Shown: one piece after another, positions 38,644 through 49,595 of the stretch | How positions within the stretch are numbered: position 1 is the stretch's first letter | Layout: every line of letters starts with the position of its first letter | Virus record (IMG/VR): IMGVR_UViG_3300008954_000002 | Span: 1-64,000 of that record | Strand: one strand, 5' to 3' | Length of the DNA stretch: 64,000 bases | Source of the DNA: a virus | The notes under the pieces: model-generated | Database searches by the model: none | What the model saw: the letters and a program-made list of their open reading frames with translations, nothing else | What the model was told of the DNA's origin: nothing | Position numbers and translations under genes: made by a program

Positions 38644-39064
38644 GTTACTATAATAGGCAGCTGGGATATCTTCCCATGTTGCCTATTATTCTATACAACT
38701 TGCTGTGCTAATATATCTTAAATGCGAGGTATATGATGGCCAAATCTGTAGACAAAGATACAATAGATCAAGTTACAGAATTATTAGATATAATAGAAGC
38801 AGCTAACTTATCTAATATAGCTAAACTATCTATATGGTTAGCACTTACACAAAAAGTCTCAGCCACTGAGCCGGATCTGCTAACTACCACTATATTTAAT
38901 ATGATAGTAGAGGGCTTATGTGGTGATACTAACGATTTTCTTAATAGTACCTTAGTTTTTACTACTGCATTCGATAATGTTTCAAGATTTATTGTAGAAA
39001 ACTTTGACGATCTTATAGAACAAGAACATATTGCTAAAGATAAAGATGATGACTTCTTAAACTA

Positions 39065-39265
39065 ATGTTTAATACAATATCACCTATTATAGATCTACTT
39101 ACTAATAAATTGATTAGTAGGAAACTGCTTGCATTTGGACTTGCTACCTACCTTTTAGCAAACGATAACTTAACATCAGGCGATTGGACAATTATCACCT
39201 GCATTTATATAGGAGTTCAAGGTGCAATTGACTTCTGGAAAGTTAAGCACAGTATATCACCTTAA
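39065..39265 (+). CDS. Holin-like small membrane protein
   Basis: SRKLL...YIGVQGAID; 2 TM helices. Confidence 0.55.
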   Translation: MFNTISPIIDLLTNKLISRKLLAFGLATYLLANDNLTSGDWTIITCIYIGVQGAIDFWKVKHSISP

Positions 39266-39281
39266 TAATTTAACCCAACAA

Positions 39282-39821
39282 ATGAGATCATGTAAGGAAT
39301 GCTCCTTGCATGAGGAAGCAATACGCTCAGTACCAGGCTTCTCAACCTCTCCTCTTGCAAACATAGATTGTATGCTTATTGGAGAAGGCCCTGGTGAAGA
39401 TGAAGATAATCATGGATTACCATTTATTGGTAAGGCTGGGCAACTACTACAACAAATACTAACAGATATAGGACTAACAGAAAATATATACATTACTAAT
39501 GTAGTTAAACATCGTCCTCCTAAAAACAGAAAACCACATAAGCACGAAATGAAAACATGTGGGTTACATTTCTTACTTAGAGAAATAGATGAAATAAATC
39601 CTAAAAAAATAGTATGCTTAGGTAGAACATCTGCTGAATATCTTCTTGAAATATTAGAGCTACCATTTAAAGGTTCTCTCAGAGGACATAGATTCATGTA
39701 TATGGATATCCCTGTCCTCTGCACATGGCACCCAGCTTATATTCTTAGAAGAGAAGATAAACTAAGCGAATTGCTTGAAGATCTTACTTCTATAAGCATG
39801 TCTAACCTCACTCAAAAATAA
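39282..39821 (+). CDS. udg: Uracil-DNA glycosylase family 4
   Basis: CxxC, IGEGPG.DED..G.PFIG.AG, TNVVKHRPP.NR, TWHPAY. Confidence 0.92.
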   Translation: MRSCKECSLHEEAIRSVPGFSTSPLANIDCMLIGEGPGEDEDNHGLPFIGKAGQLLQQILTDIGLTENIYITNVVKHRPPKNRKPHKHEMKTCGLHFLLREIDEINPKKIVCLGRTSAEYLLEILELPFKGSLRGHRFMYMDIPVLCTWHPAYILRREDKLSELLEDLTSISMSNLTQK

Positions 39822-40187
39822 TAAATATAATGCAATCAACTCCATATACAGTCTTAGTATCTTTTGCAGGTACTCTAAATCTAGAAACATTATCTACAGA
39901 AAATAGAGTTGCGGCTGAAACCAATTCCACAGTATACCTTCTAAATAAAGTATATACTGAATTAAACAGAGCAATAGCTCATGGCTATATCTCTAGTAAT
40001 TCTATAGACATTAAAGCAGTATCACTTGAAAAACAGAACTTTTTAATTAAGGCTAATGAAGAAAGTACAGTTAAGCAAATATCTTGTACTGACCAGTCAA
40101 GCCAAAGCCTACTAAATAAAGAACTACTTTTATACTATAAGCCTACTCATTCACAAGGAGAACCCATGATATCTCTATTATCGAATA

Positions 40188-40562
40188 GTGAATCACCCTC
40201 AACGGCTTAAGAAGCCTCCAGGAGGTCATAGACACTTTGCCTTTGCAATTATAGGTAAGACTATCTATATAGGTTGGAACAATAGTAAGACAAGACCTCA
40301 ACTCTTACATATAAAGAAAAGTGGCGTTGCTGTTGCATGTCATCATGCTGAAGCACACGCAATATATAAAGTACCATACAGTAAAAGGAAGGATGCTAAA
40401 ATATATGTAATGAGAATAAGAAAAAATGGTAATCTAGCATTAAGCAAACCCTGTTCAAATTGCATTAGATTGCTAAAAGAATACAAAATAAAGCCTAGAA
40501 ATATCTGGTATACAGATAAACATGGCAAATGGACAAACCTCCATGAAAACAAAACTGTATAG
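40188..40562 (+). CDS. Zn-dependent deaminase-fold protein
   Basis: HAE ... SKPCSNC. Confidence 0.8.
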   Translation: MNHPQRLKKPPGGHRHFAFAIIGKTIYIGWNNSKTRPQLLHIKKSGVAVACHHAEAHAIYKVPYSKRKDAKIYVMRIRKNGNLALSKPCSNCIRLLKEYKIKPRNIWYTDKHGKWTNLHENKTV

Positions 40563-41436
40563 TGGAACAAGTTATTGGCTTAGCAGGGCAGGTCATTATA
40601 ACTTCTATTATCAATATGGCTCTCCCTTAAAGTTAGAAAATACAATAATGGGAGAGAAACTACTTTGGCTATCAGACAATCAGCAATATTTGGCATATAG
40701 AATAGAACCAAATGATATTCCTAATTTTCAGTCTAAAATAAATGTTATATGGATAAAAAATGAAGAGTAGTAAAATTAAAAAACTTCAGAAAGTATTGTT
40801 TGATAGCATATTAAAAAACAACTTGCTAAAAGCCCAACTTACTAGATACCAATCAAAAATCAGCCAGCTTGAAAATAGACTACTAAGATTAGATAAAAAG
40901 AACTCAGAAGAGTTAGAAATAGTAGCACTAGCTGAAGATATACTTGAGTAATAGGATTAGTGATGACACTATCAATTCTTCCCCTCACTATTTTCTCTAT
41001 AGTTGGGTTAATAATTACTAGTTATTACTTTATCTGTGTAGGCAAAGCACTTGTATACTATGTAAAATTCCATAGCTTTCCATTAACAGAAAAAGAACAG
41101 CAATTAAAAATCCTCCAACAAGAAAATAAAAGACTTAATGAGATCATTTCTAGACTTGAATCTGAAACAGAAGAAATGACTCGCGCTTTAATACAGCGCC
41201 TCTCTTAACTAATAAAAGATATATATGCTTTATACTACTTTCTTAGATACATCTCAGTATCAACCCTATTATACTCCTGCTCAAAATATACATACCGTCT
41301 CTTATATTCCGTACATTGGATGTACGTTATCTGCAGATACGACAAGCTTGTATACTGCTTATTTTAGTTTTTCTCGCTAAATAAGTGCATATACATAGTT
41401 GATAGGAGCTATTCGATAGATTTACAATAGCTATAA

Positions 41437-43209
41437 TTGTTCACAATTAGAAGAAGTATGACTCTATTACCACTACAGGTCGTCTCATTTGAAGAAGGAG
41501 TTCCTATTCCAAACAATATCTTCAATTTTAAGATGACAAAAAGCCAAATAGAGTCTTTTGAAGTTGAGCCTGTTGAACTGCAGGATTCAACTACTATAGA
41601 ACATGCTTTCCTATTGGGAATTTCTGTACTAGATAGTTTAAATCTAAATCTTACTACTTCTGCTGAAGAGCTAGTAGAAACTATTACATTTGTAGGCACT
41701 CTATGTGAACTTATAAAAGTTTCTGAATCAGACGAATATATATATAATGTTGAATGCTTAGTTTATGCTAGAGCAAATTTAGATACAATAGATGGTACAC
41801 AAAACCCACTTAAGTGTGGAGTACATATAATAGACGACATACTTCTTCCTGGTGAAGAAGAGCTACTTACTGATATGCGGTCACTTATTAAACTGCTTTT
41901 AGTTAATGAAAATGTTTTGTCTATAGAAATAACAAAACAAATAGCTATTACCAATGACATACTAATTATATCAAATATATTAGCTACGTCTCTAAATCTT
42001 AGCAATAAAGACAAACTAAGATATCTACAATCAAATGATACTCTAGATCGATTTACAATCGTTCTTCAAAACCTTATAAGAACTTTAGACAAAACTTCTT
42101 CTCAAGGATCATCTATTGGGAAACTAATAGATCCCTTCTCTTTGGAAACAAGTAAACCTAAAAAAACTTCTAGATCTAAGCGCAAGCCAGTAACTTCTTC
42201 TTTAGAAGATAAGCTTAAGCTAGTTAAAAATGCACCCCAAGAAGTACTAGACAAAGTACAAAGAGAAACCAGTAGGCTATCATCGTTGCCCACTGGCTCA
42301 TTAGAATATCAAACATTATATGAATATCTTACTTGGGTATCTGAAATTCCATGGGGAGTCACTACAAATAAACAAGTAGAACTTACTACCTTGATTGATG
42401 AACTAAGCAAAACTCATTACGGATTAGATGATGCTAAAGAACATATTCTTGAGTATCTAACTATCGAGCATATAACCGGGAGTACAAAAGGCACAGTAAT
42501 GTGTTTTGCAGGACCTCCTGGTACTGGAAAAACAACCTTAGCTAAGCAAATTGCTCATGCTTGTAATAGAAAGCTAATACGCATTGCATTAGGTGGCCTA
42601 TCTGATGAATCAGAACTTAGAGGACACCGCAAAACTTATGTATCTGCATACCCAGGTCGCTTAGCTAAGGGACTCAAGGATGCCAAGGCAATGGATCCAC
42701 TGTTCTTGTTGGATGAAGTAGATAAGCTAGATATGAAGAGAGGAGATCCTACAGCTGCCCTACTGGAAATATTAGATCCAGAACAAAATGACGCTTTTAT
42801 AGATAGATATCTAGAACTACCTGTAGATCTTTCAAAAGCTATGTTTATATGCACAGCTAACTATCTTGATATGGTTCCTGAACCACTACTCGATAGATTC
42901 GAAATAATTGAGTTTAGAGAGTATACGCTAGAAGAAAGAGAAATAATCCTACAATCTTTTATGGTAGATAAATGGATAAGAGAATACGGATTGGCTGACT
43001 TTGATATTACTATCCAAGAAGAAGCATACCCAGTATTCTGCCAACCTACTGGCGTAAGAAATATAGAGAGAACACTTAAAAAACTACTACGAAAGGCAGC
43101 AGTTTCTATTGTAGTCAATCACGAAGACAAAGTTATTATCACAGCAGAAGATGTTGAAAAAGTATCTAAACAACAATCTAAAACTAAAATAGGTTTCTCA
43201 GCAGGTTAA
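41437..43209 (+). CDS. Lon-like AAA+ ATPase lacking the C-terminal protease domain
   Basis: HYGL..AKE.I, GPPGTGKT, RGHRKTY..AYPG, LLDEVDK, ALLEILDPEQN, GVRN; ends KIGFSAG. Confidence 0.85.
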   Translation: MFTIRRSMTLLPLQVVSFEEGVPIPNNIFNFKMTKSQIESFEVEPVELQDSTTIEHAFLLGISVLDSLNLNLTTSAEELVETITFVGTLCELIKVSESDEYIYNVECLVYARANLDTIDGTQNPLKCGVHIIDDILLPGEEELLTDMRSLIKLLLVNENVLSIEITKQIAITNDILIISNILATSLNLSNKDKLRYLQSNDTLDRFTIVLQNLIRTLDKTSSQGSSIGKLIDPFSLETSKPKKTSRSKRKPVTSSLEDKLKLVKNAPQEVLDKVQRETSRLSSLPTGSLEYQTLYEYLTWVSEIPWGVTTNKQVELTTLIDELSKTHYGLDDAKEHILEYLTIEHITGSTKGTVMCFAGPPGTGKTTLAKQIAHACNRKLIRIALGGLSDESELRGHRKTYVSAYPGRLAKGLKDAKAMDPLFLLDEVDKLDMKRGDPTAALLEILDPEQNDAFIDRYLELPVDLSKAMFICTANYLDMVPEPLLDRFEIIEFREYTLEEREIILQSFMVDKWIREYGLADFDITIQEEAYPVFCQPTGVRNIERTLKKLLRKAAVSIVVNHEDKVIITAEDVEKVSKQQSKTKIGFSAG

Positions 43210-43212
43210 CCC

Positions 43213-44064
43213 ATGATAATAAAATCCACTCCAGAAGACGGAGTGGTGCCTCATCGTGAGAACATCCGTGTTATTCATGAAAGCCTACCTATACTGCCAA
43301 TATTAAGCGATCTAGACCCCATATATGCAGGTGGGTATGCTATGGCACTACTCTTTGCTCCTAGAGCTGAAAACGGAACTACTATTCAGTCTAAATACTA
43401 TGGAGATTATGATATTTACTTTAGTAATATCGATACACTTGACGAAGCTCAAGGTAGATTGGCCAGTGTTGATACCGTAAAAAGTTGTTCAGAAACAGAT
43501 AACGCTCACACATATAGTCATCTATCTTCTGATGGAAAATATAATCCTCAATTACAGCTTATTAAGATAGCAACAGGCAATCCTAGTATAATATTAAAAG
43601 AATTTGATTTTATTAATTGCGCAGTTGCTTATACTCCATTGAATCAAAATATCTATTTTCATAAAGACACTATCTCGTTACATCACGATCGTTCTCTTGG
43701 TGTGCTAAAGCCAAGATATATTCCTCCCAGAACTGAAGATGATGTAATTGTACAACTCGCTAGAATACAAAAGTATTGTATGCGTTGGGAATATAGACTA
43801 AGCAATACATTATATGATCTATTAATAGAACTATATAATGAATACCCAAATCTTATAGCAAGACAAGGCCAAGTATATTACAGCACTTTCTCATCTTATC
43901 GAGACACACAAGTTATAGGAACTTGTACAGAGAATATCTGGACAATATTAGCTCCGCTAATACGAGCACATCCCAATTGGATAAACACTCCAGATATACA
44001 TAATATAATTACTAGAGCACCTCTAGAATATAGAATTAACTCTATATTAGAAGCTAGAACCTAG
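43213..44064 (+). CDS. Nucleotidyltransferase (Pol-beta/CCA-PAP head-like)
   Basis: AGG...DYDIYF, QLI, FDFINCAVA. Confidence 0.65.
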   Translation: MIIKSTPEDGVVPHRENIRVIHESLPILPILSDLDPIYAGGYAMALLFAPRAENGTTIQSKYYGDYDIYFSNIDTLDEAQGRLASVDTVKSCSETDNAHTYSHLSSDGKYNPQLQLIKIATGNPSIILKEFDFINCAVAYTPLNQNIYFHKDTISLHHDRSLGVLKPRYIPPRTEDDVIVQLARIQKYCMRWEYRLSNTLYDLLIELYNEYPNLIARQGQVYYSTFSSYRDTQVIGTCTENIWTILAPLIRAHPNWINTPDIHNIITRAPLEYRINSILEART

Positions 44065-44317
44065 ATCTCTTATTATATAAAAAGATCGTTCTTAAAATAA
44101 TACGATCCTACCCTAAATAAAGGAAACCTTTAATGGAAATTTCACGAGTGCCCCAAAACTTTTACTTTGTAGAACGTGACGGCAGAGTTATGCCTACAGT
44201 CCTAACATCTAGAAAGGAAGCACGTAGCGTAAAAACTAGCCTTGCTTCAAGCTATCAGAGCAGCAGCTTTCGCATTCTACAGAGAGCAGTTGTCTTAGGA
44301 GAGCCAACCCTAGTTAG

Positions 44318-45016
44318 CTAATAAAGCTTAATAGGTATATTTTCAATGGGGACTGCAAGCACTTGACTTGCTTGTGGTCCCCATGTGCCTACGCCTATAG
44401 CTATAGTAATAGCTACTAGCTCTCCTTGCCTATTGTAAATACCACCACCAGAATATCCAGGAGCAGCATAACCATCTATACCATAAAGCACTCCCTCAGG
44501 ATACTCTAATAACCAAGCTGTATGACCTTGACTAACCCATGGATGTTGTCCAAAGGGTACTCCAATTAGTGTTACTGGTTCTCCTATAGCAAGTTGAGAG
44601 CCTTGACTAACTAGTGCTGGAGTTACCCCCTCAGGTATCTCAGTGAGTGGATAGAATGCCCAATCAGTAACTGGGTGTTCATCCGAATCGAAAAGAAAAT
44701 ATCCATCCATGTTGATACAACTTTTGCCCTCTAGATTACATACTCTGATATTGGTGTCTAATACGCCCAAAACAACATGTTCTGCAGTAAGTACAATACT
44801 ACCAAGACTTTCCGTATATATTAAGACTCCAGATCCCGTTGCTCGCCAATCTTTATATATCGGATCAAATTCTTGTATCACTAAAGCATGTTCTATTGCT
44901 TGTGCACTAATTTTTTCAATACTTCGTGTTGGGCCTAAAGACATCGTGTTAGACCATATACAACAAATAGAAAAGGTCAACACTGTAACTAATACGGCTA
45001 GGTTATAGCGAAACAT
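44318..45016 (-). CDS. Trypsin-like serine protease, secreted or membrane-anchored
   Basis: GSGV, LTAEHV, D, GYSGGG. Confidence 0.85.
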   Translation of the reverse strand: MFRYNLAVLVTVLTFSICCIWSNTMSLGPTRSIEKISAQAIEHALVIQEFDPIYKDWRATGSGVLIYTESLGSIVLTAEHVVLGVLDTNIRVCNLEGKSCINMDGYFLFDSDEHPVTDWAFYPLTEIPEGVTPALVSQGSQLAIGEPVTLIGVPFGQHPWVSQGHTAWLLEYPEGVLYGIDGYAAPGYSGGGIYNRQGELVAITIAIGVGTWGPQASQVLAVPIENIPIKLY

Positions 45017-45581
45017 TATAATCTCCTACTAAATACTACCACTCTATAAAACATTAGTATAAAGTAAGAAGACTTACCATTCAAAGGCTATTCAAATATG
45101 TACAACACAGAAACTGCTATTATAAATCCATCTGATCTGTTATATGACTCATCAATAGATGCTTGGTCAGCAGTTACAAAGCAACATACTATTATTGTTA
45201 TAGATAAAGATGATACTTTCTATAAAGTAGAGGGCTGGGCCTCATCTAATATGACAGCTGTACCAGATATGAGCTTTTCAGTAAGAAAAGACTCTTACAC
45301 CCCGCCTGGATCTATAACATTGTCTAATATCATAAATTCTTTTGATCTTTTCATTGAAGAATACAATTAATGAAACTCTATTGTTTAGATTTCGACAACT
45401 GTGGCTTCTACAAAAAATATGAAGAAGATGAAGTTGTACCAAAGAATATATGCCCAGATTGTTACTCTTTAGCAGCAGTATATTCTGATAATTATACTCC
45501 TATATTCATAGATTCAGATCCTAATAAGCAAGAATATTTAGAGTCTCTTTTACAATACTATCTTACAAAAGAGACCTAATA

Positions 45582-45609
45582 AGCGCTCTTACGTGCGCTC
45601 TTTGTATAG
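45582..45609 (+). promoter_or_regulatory. Class II hairpin element upstream of the E2 gene
   Basis: AGCGCTC-TTAC-GTGCGCT, TAG at +15 to +17. Confidence 0.55.
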
Positions 45610-45646
45610 CGATAAACTTATTAACCCTAAATAGGATATTCTGATA

Positions 45647-48328
45647 ATGATTCCTATAACTAGAGATGAATTTGCTGTTGTTACAAGAACAATACTTGAA
45701 TATAATCAATGGCAATCACTACTTACTCAAAATGAAATAGAAACAGCATATATACTAGAGAACTATAACCTCTATCTACCTTATCGAAGACCAAGAGAAG
45801 GAGACGATCAGGAAGTGTTGGGCTTTCTAAACACAGAAGCTCCAGATACTCTATTTTGTAGAGTGTCATCTAATTCTGTACGCAAAGCTATGCTTTGTAG
45901 CTATAGAACAAATCCTATAACAGAGCAAAAAGAGCTTGCTTTCCCACTTACAGTTAGCAAAATTAGTAACAATATATATACTACATGCCCTGGAAAGGCA
46001 TATGAATATTTTCAGTCTGAAATAGACATAAATCTTTTTGAAGCAGATATAGTGGAAAGACATAGCAATGATCAAGATATAACTATCAATAATAAAGAGC
46101 TCACTTTAGATCTTATAGATCCTGTGCACTCTAAGCGTGCGTTCTACGCACGTAACAGACGCTACATGGAACTAATTGATTGCTCTCTTCCGATTGATAC
46201 TATTGCACCCTTCTCATTACTTGGTGATATGCCAAACGTAAAGCAAGCCTTTCTAAGTACTACCAATAACAATAGAATACCTGCTATCAAAATTAGCAAC
46301 TTGTATAGAGGCGGCTCTACAGGAGATGCAGTAGCAGAACTAGTTCCTAATGCAAGACCTCAAAAAATAGCTAAAGGTGGACACATCTTTATGTATAAGA
46401 TGTCAGTCTTAGCTATAGATTTTGAAACAACAAGTTGGAAACCTGTCACAATATACAACTTAGGTATCTTTGAACCACGTACAAAAGTTATCAAGTATAA
46501 GCGAAGTAGAACATTTATACCCAAAATAGCTACTGAACTGTTTGATAATGAAGGTCTTAAATACTTTGCTCCTGAAGAGTGGGAAGAGTATATACTTAAG
46601 CAATATGGACATCACACTACATATTGGAACGGTATCACTAGAATATTTCCTAAAGGATTACCGCCTAAAACTAAAGTTATAAATAACATTTTAGATCAGC
46701 ACGAAACTAGTCCAGAAGAATTTAAATATATAACTTATGCCTCTCAGATAGAAAATATTCCAGATGTAGTACAATATAGAAACATCTACTCATCTTATAA
46801 CAATATTGATAATCAGCTAACTGGACTAGTGGCTACTATAAATAATAATGACAGAATAATTAATAGAAATACTCGGGATATTAAATCTTATCGACAAAGC
46901 ATTGAAGAATATGAAAACAATATTCAACAGTTGACTACTGCTAATGAAAAGCATAGCACTTCACTAACTGGATTAGAAGAAGCAAAAACTTCAATACAAG
47001 AAGAATTGGCAGCTGCAGAAGCAAGTTATACTGCTGCTCTTAATAAAAGTATTTTATCTGAGGAAGTCCTTATTCAAGCAGAATCATGGATAAATAATCT
47101 CAGAAATACTGGTATTGTTATCCATAAAATTACTTATTATAATAGCAACACTAATGAAAGCAGAGACTTATCTGAGTCTCCTCAAGTAGCCTTGTTAGCT
47201 AAACAAGACATAGCATGGAATTTGCAGAGTATAAACTTCTCAACTCTTAAACCAGTAGTTATTAAAGTAGACTATGGACGTGATGGTGAGAATTGTAAGA
47301 AGATAGTAGGTGGTCCATATAATGTTGAGCTTACACAAAGCAATCTCAATATCAAACTATCCTCAAGCACAGCCTGTTTTGGTTTAAGTGATAGCTACAT
47401 ATGGGCTCATCCACATACTTCTTCTCAATCTATATGCATATCTACATCTACATCTGATTCAAAAGTAGCTTGGACCAACTTTAAAAGAGCAATTTCTAGG
47501 TGGACATCAGCATGCTTAGGTGAAGCATCACCAGGAATATATAAAGCTTTTGAGAACAATGAACCAAAGACAGCTATTTTTGCAGCAATGACTTGGATAA
47601 CAAATGCTAACTCAAAAGATGCTTGGGGTAAGAACTATAAATATTTTCCTAAACTAGATGCCGTTTCTATAACAGAAAGTAAAAATGAAAATATTATAGA
47701 CAAATTTAATGCTGAGACATTAGTAACTACTGAAGATGGTATGGACATCATTATCGAGGAAATGTTTACTAGGTTAACTAATATAGAAGAAACTAACACC
47801 ATCGACAATTTAGAAGAATATATAGAATCAGTTCCAACCGTAAATGTAAACAGTGGCTGGTCATATGTACACTTTGATGATATTGCTATAGAAAACTATT
47901 TACACAATATAAGACTACACACTAGGACTAGTGAAGGTAATAGAGAAATATCTTTTGCACAAGATATGGAAACTAGTATTATTCTTAGCCATGAAGAAAT
48001 AATAAATTGGCTAATTGATAACATAGACAAATGGAAAGAACTAGTAAATTATCATACTATTTCTACAGAAATAGAACCAGTAGAATCTATCCATGCAAGA
48101 GCATTCAGCAGAACATATGAAAATATGTTTATTATGTATTTTGGTAGTAACCCTTGGCAATATATACCAAATCCTATAGTTATTGAAAATAACACTATCT
48201 ACGATGAGCAAAGATATACCATATTAGATTCTGTTAACTCAGTAGAAAACTATATAAAGAGTTGTTTAGGTATTCCTTCTAACTTGCCTATAGCAACTAC
48301 TAGCTCTAGCTACCAACCATATCGATAA
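45647..48328 (+). CDS. Large protein with coiled coil and prokaryotic E2-like (UBC) domain
   Basis: HPH ... ACLG (candidate catalytic Cys623) followed by helices; upstream of JAB, E1 and Ubl. Confidence 0.65.
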   Translation: MIPITRDEFAVVTRTILEYNQWQSLLTQNEIETAYILENYNLYLPYRRPREGDDQEVLGFLNTEAPDTLFCRVSSNSVRKAMLCSYRTNPITEQKELAFPLTVSKISNNIYTTCPGKAYEYFQSEIDINLFEADIVERHSNDQDITINNKELTLDLIDPVHSKRAFYARNRRYMELIDCSLPIDTIAPFSLLGDMPNVKQAFLSTTNNNRIPAIKISNLYRGGSTGDAVAELVPNARPQKIAKGGHIFMYKMSVLAIDFETTSWKPVTIYNLGIFEPRTKVIKYKRSRTFIPKIATELFDNEGLKYFAPEEWEEYILKQYGHHTTYWNGITRIFPKGLPPKTKVINNILDQHETSPEEFKYITYASQIENIPDVVQYRNIYSSYNNIDNQLTGLVATINNNDRIINRNTRDIKSYRQSIEEYENNIQQLTTANEKHSTSLTGLEEAKTSIQEELAAAEASYTAALNKSILSEEVLIQAESWINNLRNTGIVIHKITYYNSNTNESRDLSESPQVALLAKQDIAWNLQSINFSTLKPVVIKVDYGRDGENCKKIVGGPYNVELTQSNLNIKLSSSTACFGLSDSYIWAHPHTSSQSICISTSTSDSKVAWTNFKRAISRWTSACLGEASPGIYKAFENNEPKTAIFAAMTWITNANSKDAWGKNYKYFPKLDAVSITESKNENIIDKFNAETLVTTEDGMDIIIEEMFTRLTNIEETNTIDNLEEYIESVPTVNVNSGWSYVHFDDIAIENYLHNIRLHTRTSEGNREISFAQDMETSIILSHEEIINWLIDNIDKWKELVNYHTISTEIEPVESIHARAFSRTYENMFIMYFGSNPWQYIPNPIVIENNTIYDEQRYTILDSVNSVENYIKSCLGIPSNLPIATTSSSYQPYR

Positions 48329-48334
48329 GGGCAG

Positions 48335-48362
48335 GGCGGGCTTACACCCGCCATCTACCCAG
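48335..48362 (+). promoter_or_regulatory. Class II hairpin element upstream of JAB-E1-Ubl
   Basis: GGCGGG-CTTACA-CCCGCC, CAG at +15 to +17. Confidence 0.55.
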
Positions 48363-48392
48363 CGCTTCCACTCTATACCTAATGGATAACTA

Positions 48393-49595
48393 ATGAAAGC
48401 AATAGGGGAACTTACCCTAATAGATAAGAAACCTACAATCCTCGTTAACCACCAAGATCTTGAGGCTATTAGACATATAGTTGCATTAGCACCTCAAGAA
48501 GCACAATGGTTTCATAGAGTAGACAAACTTACTGCAGATAATCATATTTTATATCATATATATGAAATGTATATTCCAGAACAATTCTGTAGTGCTGCAG
48601 AAGTAGATACATCACCTGAAATGATGATGAATTTCTACAAAGAACTACGAGAAGAGCATGGGCAAGAAGATACCAACTCAATCATGAGTAATCTAACTGT
48701 TTGGTGTCATAGCCATCATAATATGGCTGTCAATCCTAGTGGACAAGACACAAAACAATTTAGAGAGCAAATTGATAATGCAATTAAAGCTAAGGTAGAA
48801 GTTCCACAGCTTATGTTCATATTTAACAAGAAGGATCAGTTCTTTTGTAGAGTCTGGGATCCTGAATATAATCTTACTTTTGAAAATCCTAGAATGGTAG
48901 TGGGTACATATGACTTTGATCATTTAACTACACAAGCTAAAGCTAAATTTAAGAAACGCCCTGTAACTAAGCGGAAAGTAGTTAAGACAACTCCTAAACT
49001 ATCTACTTCTACTGGCAGCGTCATAGACTGGAAAAACAGTTATGATTGGGAAGGCTCTTGGAAAGACCCACTAAGAGTTACTCCAATGGCTAAAAAAAAA
49101 GTAGATAATAAAGTAACAGGACTTACTACAGATTTAAGCTTTGACATTGAAGAACAAATTGATGAATTCTTAGCAGCAATTAATGCTTGCAATGGAGCTC
49201 ACTATGAAATCTCAGCCCTACTAACATTAATAGATTCTATCCTGAATGCAGAACAACTATACATACTGCTTGCTCTATTGTCCCTAGAGCATGAGGCTAT
49301 TCGTGAACTTGAGTTCTGTAAATGGCGCACCAATAAAGCAGAACATACAGACACTCTTGCAGAATTATATGATTTGTTCAATGATACAATTATAGCAACT
49401 GAATTAATTGTAACTGGACTAAAAGTAGCTAAAACTATCTCCACTTGTTCATCTGAATCTGAAGTAGAAAACCTATTAGATCTTTGGATAGAATTTTATG
49501 AAGAAATAGATTATGAACCTTACTTCTCTGAAGAAGATGACTCCTTAACTCATATTATGGAAGAAGGACGCAATGCCATCAGTAAGCTTTCTTAG
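48393..49595 (+). CDS. JAB/MPN+ metalloprotease (deubiquitinase-like) with acidic C-terminal extension
   Basis: E ... WCHSHHNMAVNPSGQD (HxH-x7-S-x2-D). Confidence 0.85.
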   Translation: MKAIGELTLIDKKPTILVNHQDLEAIRHIVALAPQEAQWFHRVDKLTADNHILYHIYEMYIPEQFCSAAEVDTSPEMMMNFYKELREEHGQEDTNSIMSNLTVWCHSHHNMAVNPSGQDTKQFREQIDNAIKAKVEVPQLMFIFNKKDQFFCRVWDPEYNLTFENPRMVVGTYDFDHLTTQAKAKFKKRPVTKRKVVKTTPKLSTSTGSVIDWKNSYDWEGSWKDPLRVTPMAKKKVDNKVTGLTTDLSFDIEEQIDEFLAAINACNGAHYEISALLTLIDSILNAEQLYILLALLSLEHEAIRELEFCKWRTNKAEHTDTLAELYDLFNDTIIATELIVTGLKVAKTISTCSSESEVENLLDLWIEFYEEIDYEPYFSEEDDSLTHIMEEGRNAISKLS

